A stretch of 64,000 bases of DNA from Phycisphaerae bacterium. GTDB taxonomy: Bacteria > Planctomycetota > Phycisphaerae > UBA1845. Position 1 is the stretch's first letter. Every line of letters starts with the position of its first letter. A program made the position numbers and the translations under genes. The stretch is from assembly GCA_963666835.2 (NCBI GenBank), contig CAXXGO010000007.1, positions 32,001 to 96,000 of the forward strand. The letters run 5' to 3'. This document shows positions 19,810 through 31,103 of this stretch, piece by piece. The notes below the pieces were generated by a model. It was given only the letters and a program-made list of their open reading frames with translations. It was not told the origin of the DNA and searched no databases.

Positions 19810-21303
19810 TTGGCGGCGAAACAGAAGAAAACTCGTACTCTTCCCCGGCGACTGAAGGGGTTTCGTGATATCACGGCGGCGAATGTGCTCGCCCGCGACC
19901 GGATGATCCTGCGGATTCGGGAGGTCTATGAACGTTATGGGTTCCTCCCGCTGGAGACGCCGGCGCTCGAGTACGTAGACGTGCTCGGTAAGTACCTGCC
20001 CGAGGCGGATGAGCCCAGCGGCGGCATCTTCGCGTTTCGCGACGAGGACGACGAATGGATTGCGCTGCGCTATGACCTGACGGCCCCGCTTTCGCGATAC
20101 GTGGCCATGAACCCGGATCTGCCCCGGCCATTCCGCCGGTATCAGGTGGGCCCGGTCTACCGGGTGGAGAAGCCGGGCCCGGACCGGTTTCGCGAGTTCT
20201 ACCAGTTTGATTTCGACTCGGTGGGCACCGGGTCGATGCTGGCCGACGCCGAGTGCTGCATGGTCATGTGCGACACGCTCGAGGCGTTGGGCGTGGGCCC
20301 CGGAGATTACATCGTTCGGGTTAACGATCGTAAGGTGCTCACGGGCGTGCTCGAGGCGGTGGCCGGCGGTGAGACGCTGGAGACGCGGACCTCCCTAAAC
20401 ATCCTGCGCTCGATCGACAAACTTGACCGCGTCGGGATGGACGGGGTGAAGGACCTGCTCGGCCCCGGTCGGACGGACGAATCGGGCGACAAGATGGCGG
20501 GGCTCAACCTCAAGCCCGAACAGATCGACGTCGTGATGGGATATCTGACCATCGCCACCGATTCGCGCTCGAGCCTGTGCGGTGAGCTGGAGAAGCTGGT
20601 CGCCAAGAGCGAAACCGGCGCCGAGGGCGTTCGCGAGTTACGCGAGATAGACGAGGCGCTATCCGGTGCCGGCTACGCCGAGAACCGGGTGATTATCGAT
20701 CCGACGGTCGTGCGCGGTCTGGCCTATTACACGGGACCGGTGTTTGAAGGTGTCTTAACGCACGACGTCGTCGACGAAAGCGGGGTGACCCGGCAGTTCG
20801 GCAGCGTGTTCGGCGGTGGGCGGTACGACGGGCTGGTCGAACGCTTCACCGGCCAGAAGATGCCCGCCACCGGCGCGTCGATCGGGGTGGACCGGCTCCT
20901 GGCCGCCTTGCGTACGCTCGGCAAGCTCGACGTCGACGGCACGACCGCCCCCGTGCTGGTGACCCGCCTGGATCGGAAGATGACGGTGGAGTATCAGAAG
21001 CTGGCGGCCGAGCTGCGCTCCGCCGGGGTGAATGCGGAGTTGTACGTCGGCAACCAGGGTATCGGGAAGCAGTTCAAGTACGCCAGCGACAGCGGCAAGA
21101 CCTTGGCATTAATCATGGGTGAGGACGAGCTTGCCGCGGGGGAAGTGTCGATCAAGGACCTCAGGCTCGGTGACGAGCTGTCGAAGGAGGTCGGCTCCGA
21201 TCGCAAGAAATGGCTTGAAGAACAGCCCGCCCAGTTCAGCGCCAAACGCCGCGAGCTGATCTCGGCCGTTAAGAAGGTCATGGCTCGGTACTCGATCGGG
21301 TGA
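19810..21303 (+). CDS. hisS: Histidyl-tRNA synthetase
   Basis: LKGFRD, LRYDLTAP, RFREFYQFDFD, VRGLAYYTG, GGGRYDGL; TTG start after GGAGG. Confidence 0.96.
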   Translation: MAAKQKKTRTLPRRLKGFRDITAANVLARDRMILRIREVYERYGFLPLETPALEYVDVLGKYLPEADEPSGGIFAFRDEDDEWIALRYDLTAPLSRYVAMNPDLPRPFRRYQVGPVYRVEKPGPDRFREFYQFDFDSVGTGSMLADAECCMVMCDTLEALGVGPGDYIVRVNDRKVLTGVLEAVAGGETLETRTSLNILRSIDKLDRVGMDGVKDLLGPGRTDESGDKMAGLNLKPEQIDVVMGYLTIATDSRSSLCGELEKLVAKSETGAEGVRELREIDEALSGAGYAENRVIIDPTVVRGLAYYTGPVFEGVLTHDVVDESGVTRQFGSVFGGGRYDGLVERFTGQKMPATGASIGVDRLLAALRTLGKLDVDGTTAPVLVTRLDRKMTVEYQKLAAELRSAGVNAELYVGNQGIGKQFKYASDSGKTLALIMGEDELAAGEVSIKDLRLGDELSKEVGSDRKKWLEEQPAQFSAKRRELISAVKKVMARYSIG

Positions 21304-21312
21304 CGCCCGGCA

Positions 21313-21520
21313 CACGGGCGCCCATTCCGACGCATGCCGAGCTGGAGCAGCCGCGCCGGTTCCCCGCCGAAATGGGTGGGGAACGGACGAAGACCCGAAA
21401 GGCACTCGCACTCCGCAATCGACTCCCCACCCTTCGCCTGGCGCATGGTGCGTGCGCCGTAAGTACACCTGTATCCAAGTCTCTTTCTTCACTGCGATGT
21501 AACTCAAGGCGAAGGGTACC
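21313..21520. repeat. MITE-like dispersed repeat (homologue of 62250-62470), empty intron target
   Basis: CAGCCGCGCCGGTTCCCCGCCGAAATGGGTGGGGAACGGACGAAGACCCGAAAG...CCCTTCGCCTGG. Confidence 0.8.
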
Positions 21521-22072
21521 CCGCTCATCGGCGCGCGTGAACATCATCGGCTCCCCCACGTTAAGGCAACATGACTTCGCGCGACTCTCGGCAGACTGGA
21601 ACATACGCGAAAGTCAAAAGGACGCGGGCCACCCAGCATTCCCGTCCCGAAGGGCCGGGGGGCCAGTTACCGCGAATCGCGTGAAGGTCTGGCGCAATGG
21701 CGAAGTGTCGGCTATACGGCACTAGCGACCACAGGCAAGCTGCAACAGCCCATACTCGTGACGCGAGATCGAATAACGAACGGCACTTCCCCGCGCGAGT
21801 CGGCGATGCTTGCCTATGCCACCCTCGATGGCAGGTCTCGTTCCTCGACCTGCCCTACACCCGCCGACGCTGCCCTACAAAGAGGCTGTCGTAATCAGTA
21901 CGGCGAGCGTGAGCGACCCGCCCTTGGCCGATAGGCAGCCACCCTCGATGGCAGGTCTCGTTCCTCGACCATGCCCTACAGAGAGTGCAACGGGGTGGCA
22001 TGGGTCAACTTGTTGACCCGTGGTGTTAATCCGTGGAGTTACACACGGGGGATGAGCCCGGTGATCCGAAGG

Positions 22073-23080
22073 CTACGTACAGCGCAGCACGGCCGCCCCG
22101 GAGATGTTGCCGGTTTTGAGGGCGTAAAGGGCCTCGTTAGCCTGCGACAGGGGGAACACGGTAATCTGCGTCTTAATGGGGATCTCGGCGGCCGTTTCCA
22201 GCAGCTCTACGCCGTCGCGCCGCGTGGCGTTGGCCACGCTGCGCAAAACCTTCTCATCGTAAAGATGCCTGCCGTAGTCCATCGGCGGCACTTCGCTCAT
22301 GTATATTCCGGCAAGGGCCACCGTGCCGCCTTTTTCGAGAACGTCCAGGGCGTTCAGAATAAGCGGTCCGGCGGGGGCGAATATGACCGAAGCATGCATC
22401 TTCTCCGGTGGCGTATCCGCGGCACTGCCCACCCATTCGGCCCCGAGCTTCATCGCCAGCGATCGATTCGCCTCGTTCCGGGTGAAGACGTATACGTGGC
22501 ACCCCCAGTGGCGCGCAACTTGAATCGCAATGTGCGCGGAAGCTCCGAAGCCGTACAGACCCAGCCGCTGACCCGGGCGAATCGCGCTGAGGCGTAACGC
22601 CCGAAACCCGATAATGCCACCGCAGAGCAACGGGGCGGCCTGTTCGTCGGAGAATCCATCGGGAATGCGATAGGCAAACTCGGCGGGGATTGTCGCAAAC
22701 TCAGCGTAGCCCCCATCGAGCGAGTAACCGGTGAAGCGCGCGGCGCGGCAGAGGTTCTCGCGGCCGGCGGCGTCACGGCAGAACCCGCACTCTCCGCAGG
22801 TGTCGTGCAGCCACGCCATCCCAACGCGATCGCCAATCTCGAAACCGCCCCCGTCTCCTTCGCTATCAACAACCACGCCGACCACTTGGTGTCCGGGGAT
22901 CAACGGCGATCGTATGGGAGGCAGCTCGCCCTCAACCACGTGCAGATCGGTGCGGCAGACGCCGCAGAAGTTGACTTGCACCAGCAGCTCACCCGGCCCG
23001 GGTGACGGCTTGGGCGCCTCACCGAGCCTCAGCGGACTCGCGGAGATCGGCTTCGGATTATCAAGCAACGCGGCGTACAT
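22073..23080 (-). CDS. Zinc-dependent alcohol dehydrogenase family protein
   Basis: CGVCRTDLH, PGHQVVG, CGECGFC...NLC, GLYGFGAS. Confidence 0.93.
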   Translation of the reverse strand: MYAALLDNPKPISASPLRLGEAPKPSPGPGELLVQVNFCGVCRTDLHVVEGELPPIRSPLIPGHQVVGVVVDSEGDGGGFEIGDRVGMAWLHDTCGECGFCRDAAGRENLCRAARFTGYSLDGGYAEFATIPAEFAYRIPDGFSDEQAAPLLCGGIIGFRALRLSAIRPGQRLGLYGFGASAHIAIQVARHWGCHVYVFTRNEANRSLAMKLGAEWVGSAADTPPEKMHASVIFAPAGPLILNALDVLEKGGTVALAGIYMSEVPPMDYGRHLYDEKVLRSVANATRRDGVELLETAAEIPIKTQITVFPLSQANEALYALKTGNISGAAVLRCT

Positions 23081-23508
23081 GACCGCGAGGCATTATAACC
23101 CGCACACGCGACCACCGCTTGGCGAATCGTCATCTGTGAAGCGTCGCAAACTTGCCCGGGCAGGGCTCCCGCGCCCCGGAGAGCAGCAACTTGCCGTAAC
23201 TACATAGTCAATCTGAGGTTAAACGACTTAAGCGGGATGCCGATCCCGGGCAGCACGGTTCAGGCCGGCCGAATGTCGGATTACCGTAAGGCACGGCGAG
23301 GCTTGCAGTAATGCCGCATACTGTGATAGGCTGCTCAGATCGGGCACGCGGATCGCGCCGGCGCCGGGAATCCGGCTTAAACCCGTCGACGGCCTTGAGC
23401 CGATAAATCCACGGCGCGAGCGCCGAAACTTATTGTGGTACAGGGTGTTACGAATCGCGGTCGGCCTGGCGGACACCCGTTGAACAACTGCGAAGCGAGT
23501 AGCATACC

Positions 23509-25101
23509 TTGGCAAATCCAGTGTGGGATTACCGAAACGCGGGCAGGCAGTTCGGGCTGCGGATTCTGCTGCTTGGGCTTCTAGTGGCGTCGGGCGGCTG
23601 CAACGCGATCATGAACGGCTGGCTGGATCCGACGGTGGTCGGAGCATACGACCGGAATCGAGTCAGCGAGATCCGCGCGTCTCTGACCCTAGAGGACACC
23701 CCGCCGGGGATCGCCGGAGCGGAATCGCCTTCGGCGATGGACAAAGTGCTCATTGCGGAGGAGTACCCCATTTCCGGGGGAGACACGCTTGCGATAGAGA
23801 TCGATGAACTTCGCCAGCGCGATACGCTTTATCAGATCCAGGCCCAGGTATCGCCAACCGGATTCGTGAATTTGCCGGTCGTCGGGCGGGTCATGGCCGG
23901 CGGTGATACCGTACCGCAGTTCGAAGCATCTCTGGTGAACGTACTGCGGGACCGCAACGTCCTGATCGACCCCAAGGTAACGGTCAACCCGCTCTTTCTG
24001 CACAAGGCCACGTATTCTATCTTCGGAGTCGGAGTCAGCGCATCCAACAACGCCCCGTTGCGGGCGGGAACTTTCCCGATCCAGCGTCCCGATCTCCGCA
24101 TTCTGGAGGCAATCAACCAGGTCGGTGGTCTGAACGAGTTCGTCACAGACGTTTTCGTTTTTCGCTCGTACGACCCCCCACCGGAATTCACGGGGGAACC
24201 CCTCGAAACAAGCGGATCGACCTATTCGGGAACCCCCTCCGGGGATATTGATGAACCAGGCGAGCACGAGGCCGGCCTGGACGAACCGGCGCAAGGCGAG
24301 GGCGATTCGGCAATAGAACAAGAGCTGTTCGACGTCGTAACCGAAGGCGGGCGGGCGGAACCGGAAACGGGTATCGTCGATGAGGAATCCGAGACTCTAA
24401 AAGAGCTCGAGCCGGACGGATCGGATCCGTTTCTCTGGGTCAACGGCGAGTTCGTGCCTAACCCGGCTTATTCGGCTACCCCGGCGGGGACCCCCGCAGC
24501 GGTACCGGTGGAGCCGCCGTCGCCTGATCTGGTTAGCCCGGCCGTGAACTGGGCGCGAGTGGCGGGGGAGACGTCCTATCGGGTATTGCGAATCCCGGCC
24601 GAGGCGATGCGGAGCGGCGATCCTGAGGCCAACATCTTCGTTCGCCCGGGCGATGTGATCCGGATAACGAGCGGCGAGGTCGGGGTTTACTATGTGATGG
24701 GTCAGGTGAACCGCGTCGGTCCGTACTCGTTCAACAGCGAGTCGATTACGGTGAAGAGGGCGATCGCCATGGCGGGTGGTTTGTCTGCTCTGGCGTGGCC
24801 TGATCGTTGCACCGTTTACCGCCGGCTGGGTCAGCGTGAGCAGATGATCCAGGTGGATCTTGATCGGATCTTCGCGGGCAAGGACCCTGACTTCGAGATC
24901 CGGCGCGGGGACATCATCAACGTCGGTACTCATCCGTTTGCCCCGTTCCTGCGGAGGATCCGTGAGCTTACGCTGCCGAACCCGTCGACCAACGTCGGTT
25001 ACAGTTTCATGTACTCGCGGAACTTCGCGGACATTGACTCCTACGACGCGCGGATCAACCCGGCCAATGAACAGGACACGTTCTCGAACCTGTTTCCGTA
25101 G
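23509..25101 (+). CDS. Polysaccharide export lipoprotein (Wza/SLBB-type)
   Basis: SGGC lipobox; GDTLAI...GFVNLPVVG; YVMGQVNRVG...AIAMAGG. Confidence 0.85.
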   Translation: MANPVWDYRNAGRQFGLRILLLGLLVASGGCNAIMNGWLDPTVVGAYDRNRVSEIRASLTLEDTPPGIAGAESPSAMDKVLIAEEYPISGGDTLAIEIDELRQRDTLYQIQAQVSPTGFVNLPVVGRVMAGGDTVPQFEASLVNVLRDRNVLIDPKVTVNPLFLHKATYSIFGVGVSASNNAPLRAGTFPIQRPDLRILEAINQVGGLNEFVTDVFVFRSYDPPPEFTGEPLETSGSTYSGTPSGDIDEPGEHEAGLDEPAQGEGDSAIEQELFDVVTEGGRAEPETGIVDEESETLKELEPDGSDPFLWVNGEFVPNPAYSATPAGTPAAVPVEPPSPDLVSPAVNWARVAGETSYRVLRIPAEAMRSGDPEANIFVRPGDVIRITSGEVGVYYVMGQVNRVGPYSFNSESITVKRAIAMAGGLSALAWPDRCTVYRRLGQREQMIQVDLDRIFAGKDPDFEIRRGDIINVGTHPFAPFLRRIRELTLPNPSTNVGYSFMYSRNFADIDSYDARINPANEQDTFSNLFP

Positions 25102-25110
25102 GAGGTCAGG

Positions 25111-26055
25111 GTGAGCGTTCCCGGATCCGTTGCCGTTAATCAGCCGCGAACGTGGGGTGAGTTCATCCCCCCCGTCAGCCGTATCCGCATTGCGGTGGTC
25201 GCGGCGCTTCTGATTGCGGCTTATTGGGGCCCGATCCGGCATTTGCTCGTAGGCCGCTGGATCAGTGACGGCAACTGGTCACACGGCTGGCTGGTCCCGG
25301 CCTTCAGTCTGTATTTTCTGGCAAGTCGGCAGGACGACCTGTTCCGCTGCAAGGTGCGTCCCAGCTACATCGGGGCGGTGATCCTCTTCGGTTCGCTGAC
25401 AGCGTACTTTTACAGTGCGTGGGCGTGGTCGATGAACTACCCCCAGGCGTTGTCGATTGTCGGGTCCATCTTCGGGCTGGTCCTGTTGATGGGCGGCTGG
25501 CAGGTCATGCGTATCGCCTGGTTCCCGATCCTCTTTATGGTGCTGGCGATACCCCTGCCGACCGGTCTGTATGTAACGATAACACAGCCGTTGCGGGCGT
25601 TTTCCTCGACGGCGGCGGCCGCGATTATGCCGCTGTTGAGCAGCGGGCTGCAGACCGAAGCCCAGGCGGTGGTGATTGACTACTACCTGGACGGTAACAC
25701 CGGTCAGTTGAATGTGGAAGAGGCCTGTAGTGGGATGCGGCTGATGATGGCCTTCGTAACGCTGGGCGTGGCGATGGCGTATTTCAACAAGCGGCCGGCC
25801 TGGCAACAGGTCATTATGGTCTTGAGTTGCGTTCCGATAGCGGTTTTGTGCAATGCGATTCGGGTGACGACCACCGGGATGCTCTACATTCACGGTAAGG
25901 AGGATCTGGCAACCGGCACCCCGCACCAGATGCTCGGGATTCTGATGTTGGTAATCGCCCTGGGCCTCTACGCGCTGATCGGATATGTTCTGAGTCACTT
26001 GTTTGTTGAAGAGCCCGAACCCGATGTCGAGGCATCGGAGTCCGCCGGCGGTTGA
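25111..26055 (+). CDS. Exosortase (EpsH family)
   Basis: SHGWLVP, VEEACSG, CNAIRV, downstream His; about 8 TM segments. Confidence 0.92.
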   Translation: MSVPGSVAVNQPRTWGEFIPPVSRIRIAVVAALLIAAYWGPIRHLLVGRWISDGNWSHGWLVPAFSLYFLASRQDDLFRCKVRPSYIGAVILFGSLTAYFYSAWAWSMNYPQALSIVGSIFGLVLLMGGWQVMRIAWFPILFMVLAIPLPTGLYVTITQPLRAFSSTAAAAIMPLLSSGLQTEAQAVVIDYYLDGNTGQLNVEEACSGMRLMMAFVTLGVAMAYFNKRPAWQQVIMVLSCVPIAVLCNAIRVTTTGMLYIHGKEDLATGTPHQMLGILMLVIALGLYALIGYVLSHLFVEEPEPDVEASESAGG

Positions 26056-26090
26056 TTCGACAACCGCAGGCGGGAACTGTATGAGGTAGC

Positions 26091-28319
26091 GTGATGACAA
26101 CATTCTCAACGCCTTCAGAGCACGGTCCCGGTCCGGTTTTCGCCCTTCCGCGCGCGGGCGGAGAGGGCGGCGGCCCTCCAAGCGCCGGCGACATCGTATC
26201 GATGCTGCGTCGGCGGATCGTGCTGATTGTCATCCTGTTCATCCTGTTCTCGGCGATGGCGGTGGCGGGTTTTTGGGCGTGGTGGACTTACCTTCCCAGC
26301 TACCGGGCCGAGTGCCAGATCCAGTGCATCTCGAACATCCCCGACTCGGGTTTGAGCGTCGAACAACGCCAACTCCGCCAGGATGAGCACGAGCGATTCG
26401 TGATGACCCAGGCGCTGGCTTTGAGGACGCCGTCTATTCTGGAGGACGCCCTCAGAACCGCCGCAGTCCGCGAAACGGAGTGGTTCAAAGGGGTGCAGCG
26501 GCGGGAAGAAGAACCGCTCTTGAAGCTGGAAGACAAGCTGCGGGCGGCACCGGTCCGCGGCACGGACATCTTGAAGGTGTGGATCGAGTGTCACAACCGT
26601 AAGGACCCGGCGGTCCTGGTGAACACGGTGGTGGATCGCTGGTATGAGACGGTCGAGCGCCGCGCCGCACAGGAGTTTGCATCCGAGCCGCTCAGAGACG
26701 CCCAGGAGCAGCTTGTTGCCATCGACGCGCAGATCGAAGAGAAGCGGGCTCAGCAGCGGGAGATCGCGATGCGTTTGCCCGCCGGCGCCCGCCAGAATCC
26801 GGCGAATAACATCGCCGCCCAGCAGGTCGAACAGTACTCGGCGCAAGTGGCCGAGCTTACGCTTGAAATGTCCCAACTCGAGCAGTTCAGGCAGATCTAT
26901 AACGATCCGGCAGGAGTACCGGTTACCGCGGAAGATCGAGCGTTGGTCGAGCAGGATCCCCAGGTCGCTGAACTCGCCCGAACGCTCTTCTTGCTCGAGC
27001 AGCAGAAGGCGGCCGACGAAGGCGTCTTCGGGCCGGAGCATCGGGAGTACCGGCAACTGGAAGCGCGGATCGAGGCTATCGCCGACAAGCTGGCCAATCT
27101 GCGCGCCGAGAAACTCACCGAGCGCCGCGAAGACATCCGCGAGGCAACCAACACTGCCTACGCCAACGCGCAGCATGCCCTGTTCCTGGCGCGCGAGAAT
27201 CTGGCGATGAGTGAGGCCATGCTCCAGGATCAGGACCAGCTTCTTTTCAACTACGCGACTCTGCAAGAGGATCTCGATCGCGATGTTGCTTACCGAGCTC
27301 AACTCAACGAGGTGATCCAGTCGTTGAACCGGGTCGTGCGTCAGAAGGGGGCCGTGAACATTAACATCCTCCAGCGCGCGATCGACCCGCTGGAGAAAAG
27401 CAGCCCCAGCCTACTTGTTCTTCCCGTGGGTATCGTGCTGGCGCTGGCCGTAGCTATCGGCTTGGCGCTGGTGTTGGAGTTGGCCGACAAGTCGATCCGC
27501 ACTCCCAAGGACCTGGAACGATACTTGACCGTCGCCCTGTTGGGGGTTGTCCCGGACACCGACGACGAGGAAGTCGCCATCAAGCAGGTGGAGACCGTAG
27601 TGCGCGACACCCCGCGATCGATGGTTGCGGAAGCCTTCAGACGCGTGCGGACCAGCATGCGTTTCAGCACCACGGCCGATCGGCAGCGTTGCGTGGTCGT
27701 CACCAGTCCGCGTCCCGAAGACGGCAAGACGACGGTCGCCTGCAATTTGGCGCTGGCGATCGCCCAAGGCGGGCGCCGCGTGCTGTTGATGGACGCCAAC
27801 TTCCGCCGACCGGGTATTCACAAACAGTTCGACAAGGTCGCAAAACGCGGGCTGAGCAACATCCTGATCGGCGACGAGACGTTGGAGTCCTGTGTGAACC
27901 CCACGGACCTGCCGGCGCTGCACGTGCTGGGCAGCGGACCGATTCCGCCGAACCCGACGGAGTTGCTGGGTAGCGAGGCGTTTCGGCAGTTGCTCGGCAA
28001 AGCGACTGAGGATTACGATCAGGTCATTATCGACACGGCACCGGTGCTACTGACCAGTGACGCTCTCGTGCTGGCCTCGGCCGACGTCGGCGTGATTCTC
28101 GTAGTTCGAGCAAACGAGAACACCCGGGGGGCGGTGCGGCGAGCGCAAAGCCTGCTGGATGGGGTCAACGCTTGCGTGCTCGGGTCGGTATTGAACGCCG
28201 TCCAAAGCACCCGCGGCGGATACTTCCGGGAACAACTCCACGACTACTACGAGTATCAGGCGGAGGTCGAAACGTCCGGGACCGCCAAACCTCCCCAAGA
28301 ACCGGGCAAGCCATCGTAG
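26091..28319 (+). CDS. Wzc-like polysaccharide co-polymerase/tyrosine autokinase
   Basis: Two TM segments flanking a coiled coil; AEAFRRVRT, PEDGKTT, DANFRRP, IIDTAP; C-terminal Tyr cluster. Confidence 0.92.
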   Translation: MMTTFSTPSEHGPGPVFALPRAGGEGGGPPSAGDIVSMLRRRIVLIVILFILFSAMAVAGFWAWWTYLPSYRAECQIQCISNIPDSGLSVEQRQLRQDEHERFVMTQALALRTPSILEDALRTAAVRETEWFKGVQRREEEPLLKLEDKLRAAPVRGTDILKVWIECHNRKDPAVLVNTVVDRWYETVERRAAQEFASEPLRDAQEQLVAIDAQIEEKRAQQREIAMRLPAGARQNPANNIAAQQVEQYSAQVAELTLEMSQLEQFRQIYNDPAGVPVTAEDRALVEQDPQVAELARTLFLLEQQKAADEGVFGPEHREYRQLEARIEAIADKLANLRAEKLTERREDIREATNTAYANAQHALFLARENLAMSEAMLQDQDQLLFNYATLQEDLDRDVAYRAQLNEVIQSLNRVVRQKGAVNINILQRAIDPLEKSSPSLLVLPVGIVLALAVAIGLALVLELADKSIRTPKDLERYLTVALLGVVPDTDDEEVAIKQVETVVRDTPRSMVAEAFRRVRTSMRFSTTADRQRCVVVTSPRPEDGKTTVACNLALAIAQGGRRVLLMDANFRRPGIHKQFDKVAKRGLSNILIGDETLESCVNPTDLPALHVLGSGPIPPNPTELLGSEAFRQLLGKATEDYDQVIIDTAPVLLTSDALVLASADVGVILVVRANENTRGAVRRAQSLLDGVNACVLGSVLNAVQSTRGGYFREQLHDYYEYQAEVETSGTAKPPQEPGKPS

Positions 28320-28475
28320 CATTCAGCACCGAAGACGCCGCGTTGTCGGCCTCGGCGGTCTGCGATACAATCCCTGCGGTCAGCGTGCGCGTCGTGAAGC
28401 GGGGTCGATGAAGATTGCACGATGGGTGCAGTTCGTACCGCCGTTCCGCGGGCCGGCTTGATCGAGGAAACCAAT

Positions 28476-29627
28476 ATGCGACAGGTCACGATGCTTGACC
28501 TCCACGCGGAGTACAAGCTGTTTGCCGATGAAATCCGTACGGTGGTAAGCGCCGTATTGGACAGCCAGCAGTTCGTTAACGGTCCCGCCGTCGCGGAACT
28601 GGAGGCCGACCTGAGCGCCCGTGTCGGAGTGCCTCACGCGGTCGGAGTCAGCAGCGGTACGGATGCCCTGCTGTGCGCTTTGATGTCTCTGGGCATCGGA
28701 CCGGGGGACGAGGTCATCCTCCCGGCGTTCACGTTTTTCGCCACGGCCGGGTCCGTCGCCCGAGTGGGAGCTACTCCCGTCTTTGTCGACATCGACGCGC
28801 GCACGTTCAATCTCGATCCTGCCGAGGTGGAAGCCGCGGTTACGGACAAAACCCGGGCGATACTCGTTGTCCATCTCTTCGGCCAGTGTGCCGACATGGA
28901 TCCTATTAACGAGATCGCGCGCCGCGGGTCTATTGCGGTGATCGAAGACGCCGCTCAGGCGTTGGGCGCTGCTTACCGGGACCGGCCGGCGTGCAGTTTG
29001 GGTGATCTGGCTTGCGTGTCGTTCTATCCGACCAAGAACCTCGGCGGGTTCGGTGAAGGCGGGATGGTCTTCGTCCGCGACGACGCCCTGGCCGCTACGG
29101 TTCGGCAGACTCGCGTCCACGGCGAGTCGCAGCGCTATGTACACGAGCGGGTCGGCGGCAACTTCCGGCTGGATACGATGAAGGCCGCCATTTTGCGGGT
29201 CAAGCTTGGCCGGTTTGACGAGTTTACCCGGCGGCGGCGGGCTAACGCAGCGCGTTATAACGAGCTTCTGGCCGATGCCGGGGTCAAGACGCCTTTCGTC
29301 GCCGAGGGCCAGCAGCCGGTTTACCATCAGTATTCGATTCTCTGCCACCGGCGGGACGAGCTCCGCAAGCATCTTAACGAGCGCGGAGTGCAGAGCGGCA
29401 TCTATTACGAAGTGCCGCTCCATTTGCAGAAGTGCTTTGCCGATCTGGGCTATAAGCCGGGGTCGTTGCCGGTTACGGAAGATACGTGCAAGCATATTCT
29501 GTCATTGCCGTGTCATCCGATGCTCTCGGACGATGATCTGGAATACGTCGCCGCGGGCATACACGAGGTGTGTACGGGATCGTCGAAAGCGTGCTCGGCC
29601 GGGGGAGCCCCGACCGCCACGAAGTGA
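28476..29627 (+). CDS. DegT/DnrJ/EryC1/StrS aminotransferase
   Basis: [29 protein letters not shown]. Confidence 0.93.
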   Translation: MRQVTMLDLHAEYKLFADEIRTVVSAVLDSQQFVNGPAVAELEADLSARVGVPHAVGVSSGTDALLCALMSLGIGPGDEVILPAFTFFATAGSVARVGATPVFVDIDARTFNLDPAEVEAAVTDKTRAILVVHLFGQCADMDPINEIARRGSIAVIEDAAQALGAAYRDRPACSLGDLACVSFYPTKNLGGFGEGGMVFVRDDALAATVRQTRVHGESQRYVHERVGGNFRLDTMKAAILRVKLGRFDEFTRRRRANAARYNELLADAGVKTPFVAEGQQPVYHQYSILCHRRDELRKHLNERGVQSGIYYEVPLHLQKCFADLGYKPGSLPVTEDTCKHILSLPCHPMLSDDDLEYVAAGIHEVCTGSSKACSAGGAPTATK

Positions 29628-29664
29628 TTGTCCGGAGTGTTTCGCGGCAAGGTGGAGTTACGTT

Positions 29665-30609
29665 ATGCGCACTGTCGTAACCGGCGGGGCCGGGTTCCTG
29701 GGCAGCCATCTTTGCGACCGCCTGCTGGCCGACGGGCACGAGGTCATCGCCCTCGACAATCTGTTCACCGGATCGAAGCAGAACGTCGCCCATCTGGCCA
29801 ACCGGCCCGGTTTCGAGTTTATTCGGCACGACGTGGTCAATCCGATCTTGCTGGAGGTGGATTGGATCTTCAATCTCGCCTGCCCGGCCTCACCCGTGCA
29901 TTATCAACATAACCCCGTCAAAACGGTGAAAACCTCGGTGATGGGGACCTTGAACATGCTCGGGCTGGCGAAGCGTGTCAAAGCCCGAATCCTGCAGGCC
30001 TCTACCAGCGAAGTGTACGGCGACCCTCACGAGCATCCGCAGAAGGAGTCTTATTGGGGTAACGTCAACACGATCGGCCCGCGAAGCTGTTACGACGAGG
30101 GCAAACGCGTCGCCGAGACGTTGATGATGGACTACCACCGCCAGAACAACGTGGACATTCGGATCGTGCGGATATTCAACACGTACGGCCCGCGCATGGC
30201 CGTCGGTGACGGGCGGGTCGTTTCCAATTTCATCGTTCAGGCGTTGCGTGGCGAGAAGCTGACCGTCTACGGCGACGGAACTCAGACGCGGTGCTTCTGT
30301 TATGTCGACGACCTGATCGACGGGCTGGTTCGCGCTATGGCGTATGAAGGCGATGACGACCACCTGCCCATCAACATCGGCAACACCGACGAGCGCTCGA
30401 TGAACGACTTGGTGACCTGCCTCGGTGAGATCCTCGGCGAACCACTAGGGATCGAACGGCAGCCGATCCCGGTCAACGACCCGGTCCGCCGGCGCCCCGA
30501 TTGCACGCGGGCGCAGCAGGTTCTCGGCTGGCATCCGCAGGTCACGCTGACGGAAGGCCTGCGCCGCACCGTCGATTACTTCCGCTCCCAGATGGCGCCG
30601 CCGCCGTAG
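29665..30609 (+). CDS. UDP-glucuronate decarboxylase (UXS-like SDR)
   Basis: [38 protein letters not shown]. Confidence 0.92.
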   Translation: MRTVVTGGAGFLGSHLCDRLLADGHEVIALDNLFTGSKQNVAHLANRPGFEFIRHDVVNPILLEVDWIFNLACPASPVHYQHNPVKTVKTSVMGTLNMLGLAKRVKARILQASTSEVYGDPHEHPQKESYWGNVNTIGPRSCYDEGKRVAETLMMDYHRQNNVDIRIVRIFNTYGPRMAVGDGRVVSNFIVQALRGEKLTVYGDGTQTRCFCYVDDLIDGLVRAMAYEGDDDHLPINIGNTDERSMNDLVTCLGEILGEPLGIERQPIPVNDPVRRRPDCTRAQQVLGWHPQVTLTEGLRRTVDYFRSQMAPPP

Positions 30610-30653
30610 TGCCCGCTTGCCGGCCTGTTTGCAATATTAGGGTGTCACCTTCT

Positions 30654-31103
30654 GTAGGGCAGGTCGAGGTACGAGACCTGCCGCTGTTTTAGCGTAATGT
30701 GCGCGGGTGCCCCGTCGCTTTAGCGGTGGGGGACTCGCGCGTTACATGCCACGGGTCAACAAGTTGACCCATGCCACCCATCTGGCACCCCCGGTAGGGC
30801 AGGTCGAGGTACGAGACCTGCCGCTGTTTTAGCGTAATGTGCGCGGGTGCCCCATCGCTTCAGCGGTGGGGGACTCGCGCGTTACATGCCACGGGTCAAC
30901 AAGTTGACCCATGCCACCCGGCTGTCACCCCCGGTAGGGCAGGTCGAGGTACGAGACCTGCCGCTGTTTTAGCGTAATGTGCGCGGGTGCCCCATCGCTT
31001 CAGCGGTGGGGGACTCGCGCGTTACATGCCACGGGTCAACAAGTTGGCCCATGCCACCCATCTGGCACACCCGGTAGGGCAGGTCGAGGTACGAGACCTG
31101 CCG
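30654..31103 (+). repeat. Tandem array of 140-bp REP mosaic units (3 full plus 1 partial)
   Basis: GTAGGGCAGGTCGAGGTACGAGACCTGCC recurs at 30654, 30794, 30934 and 31074 with near-identical intervening DNA. Confidence 0.93.

Noticed and set aside
30654..31103. CRISPR array
   Set aside because: The sequence between repeats is near-identical rather than unique, the period is 140 bp, and there are no cas genes
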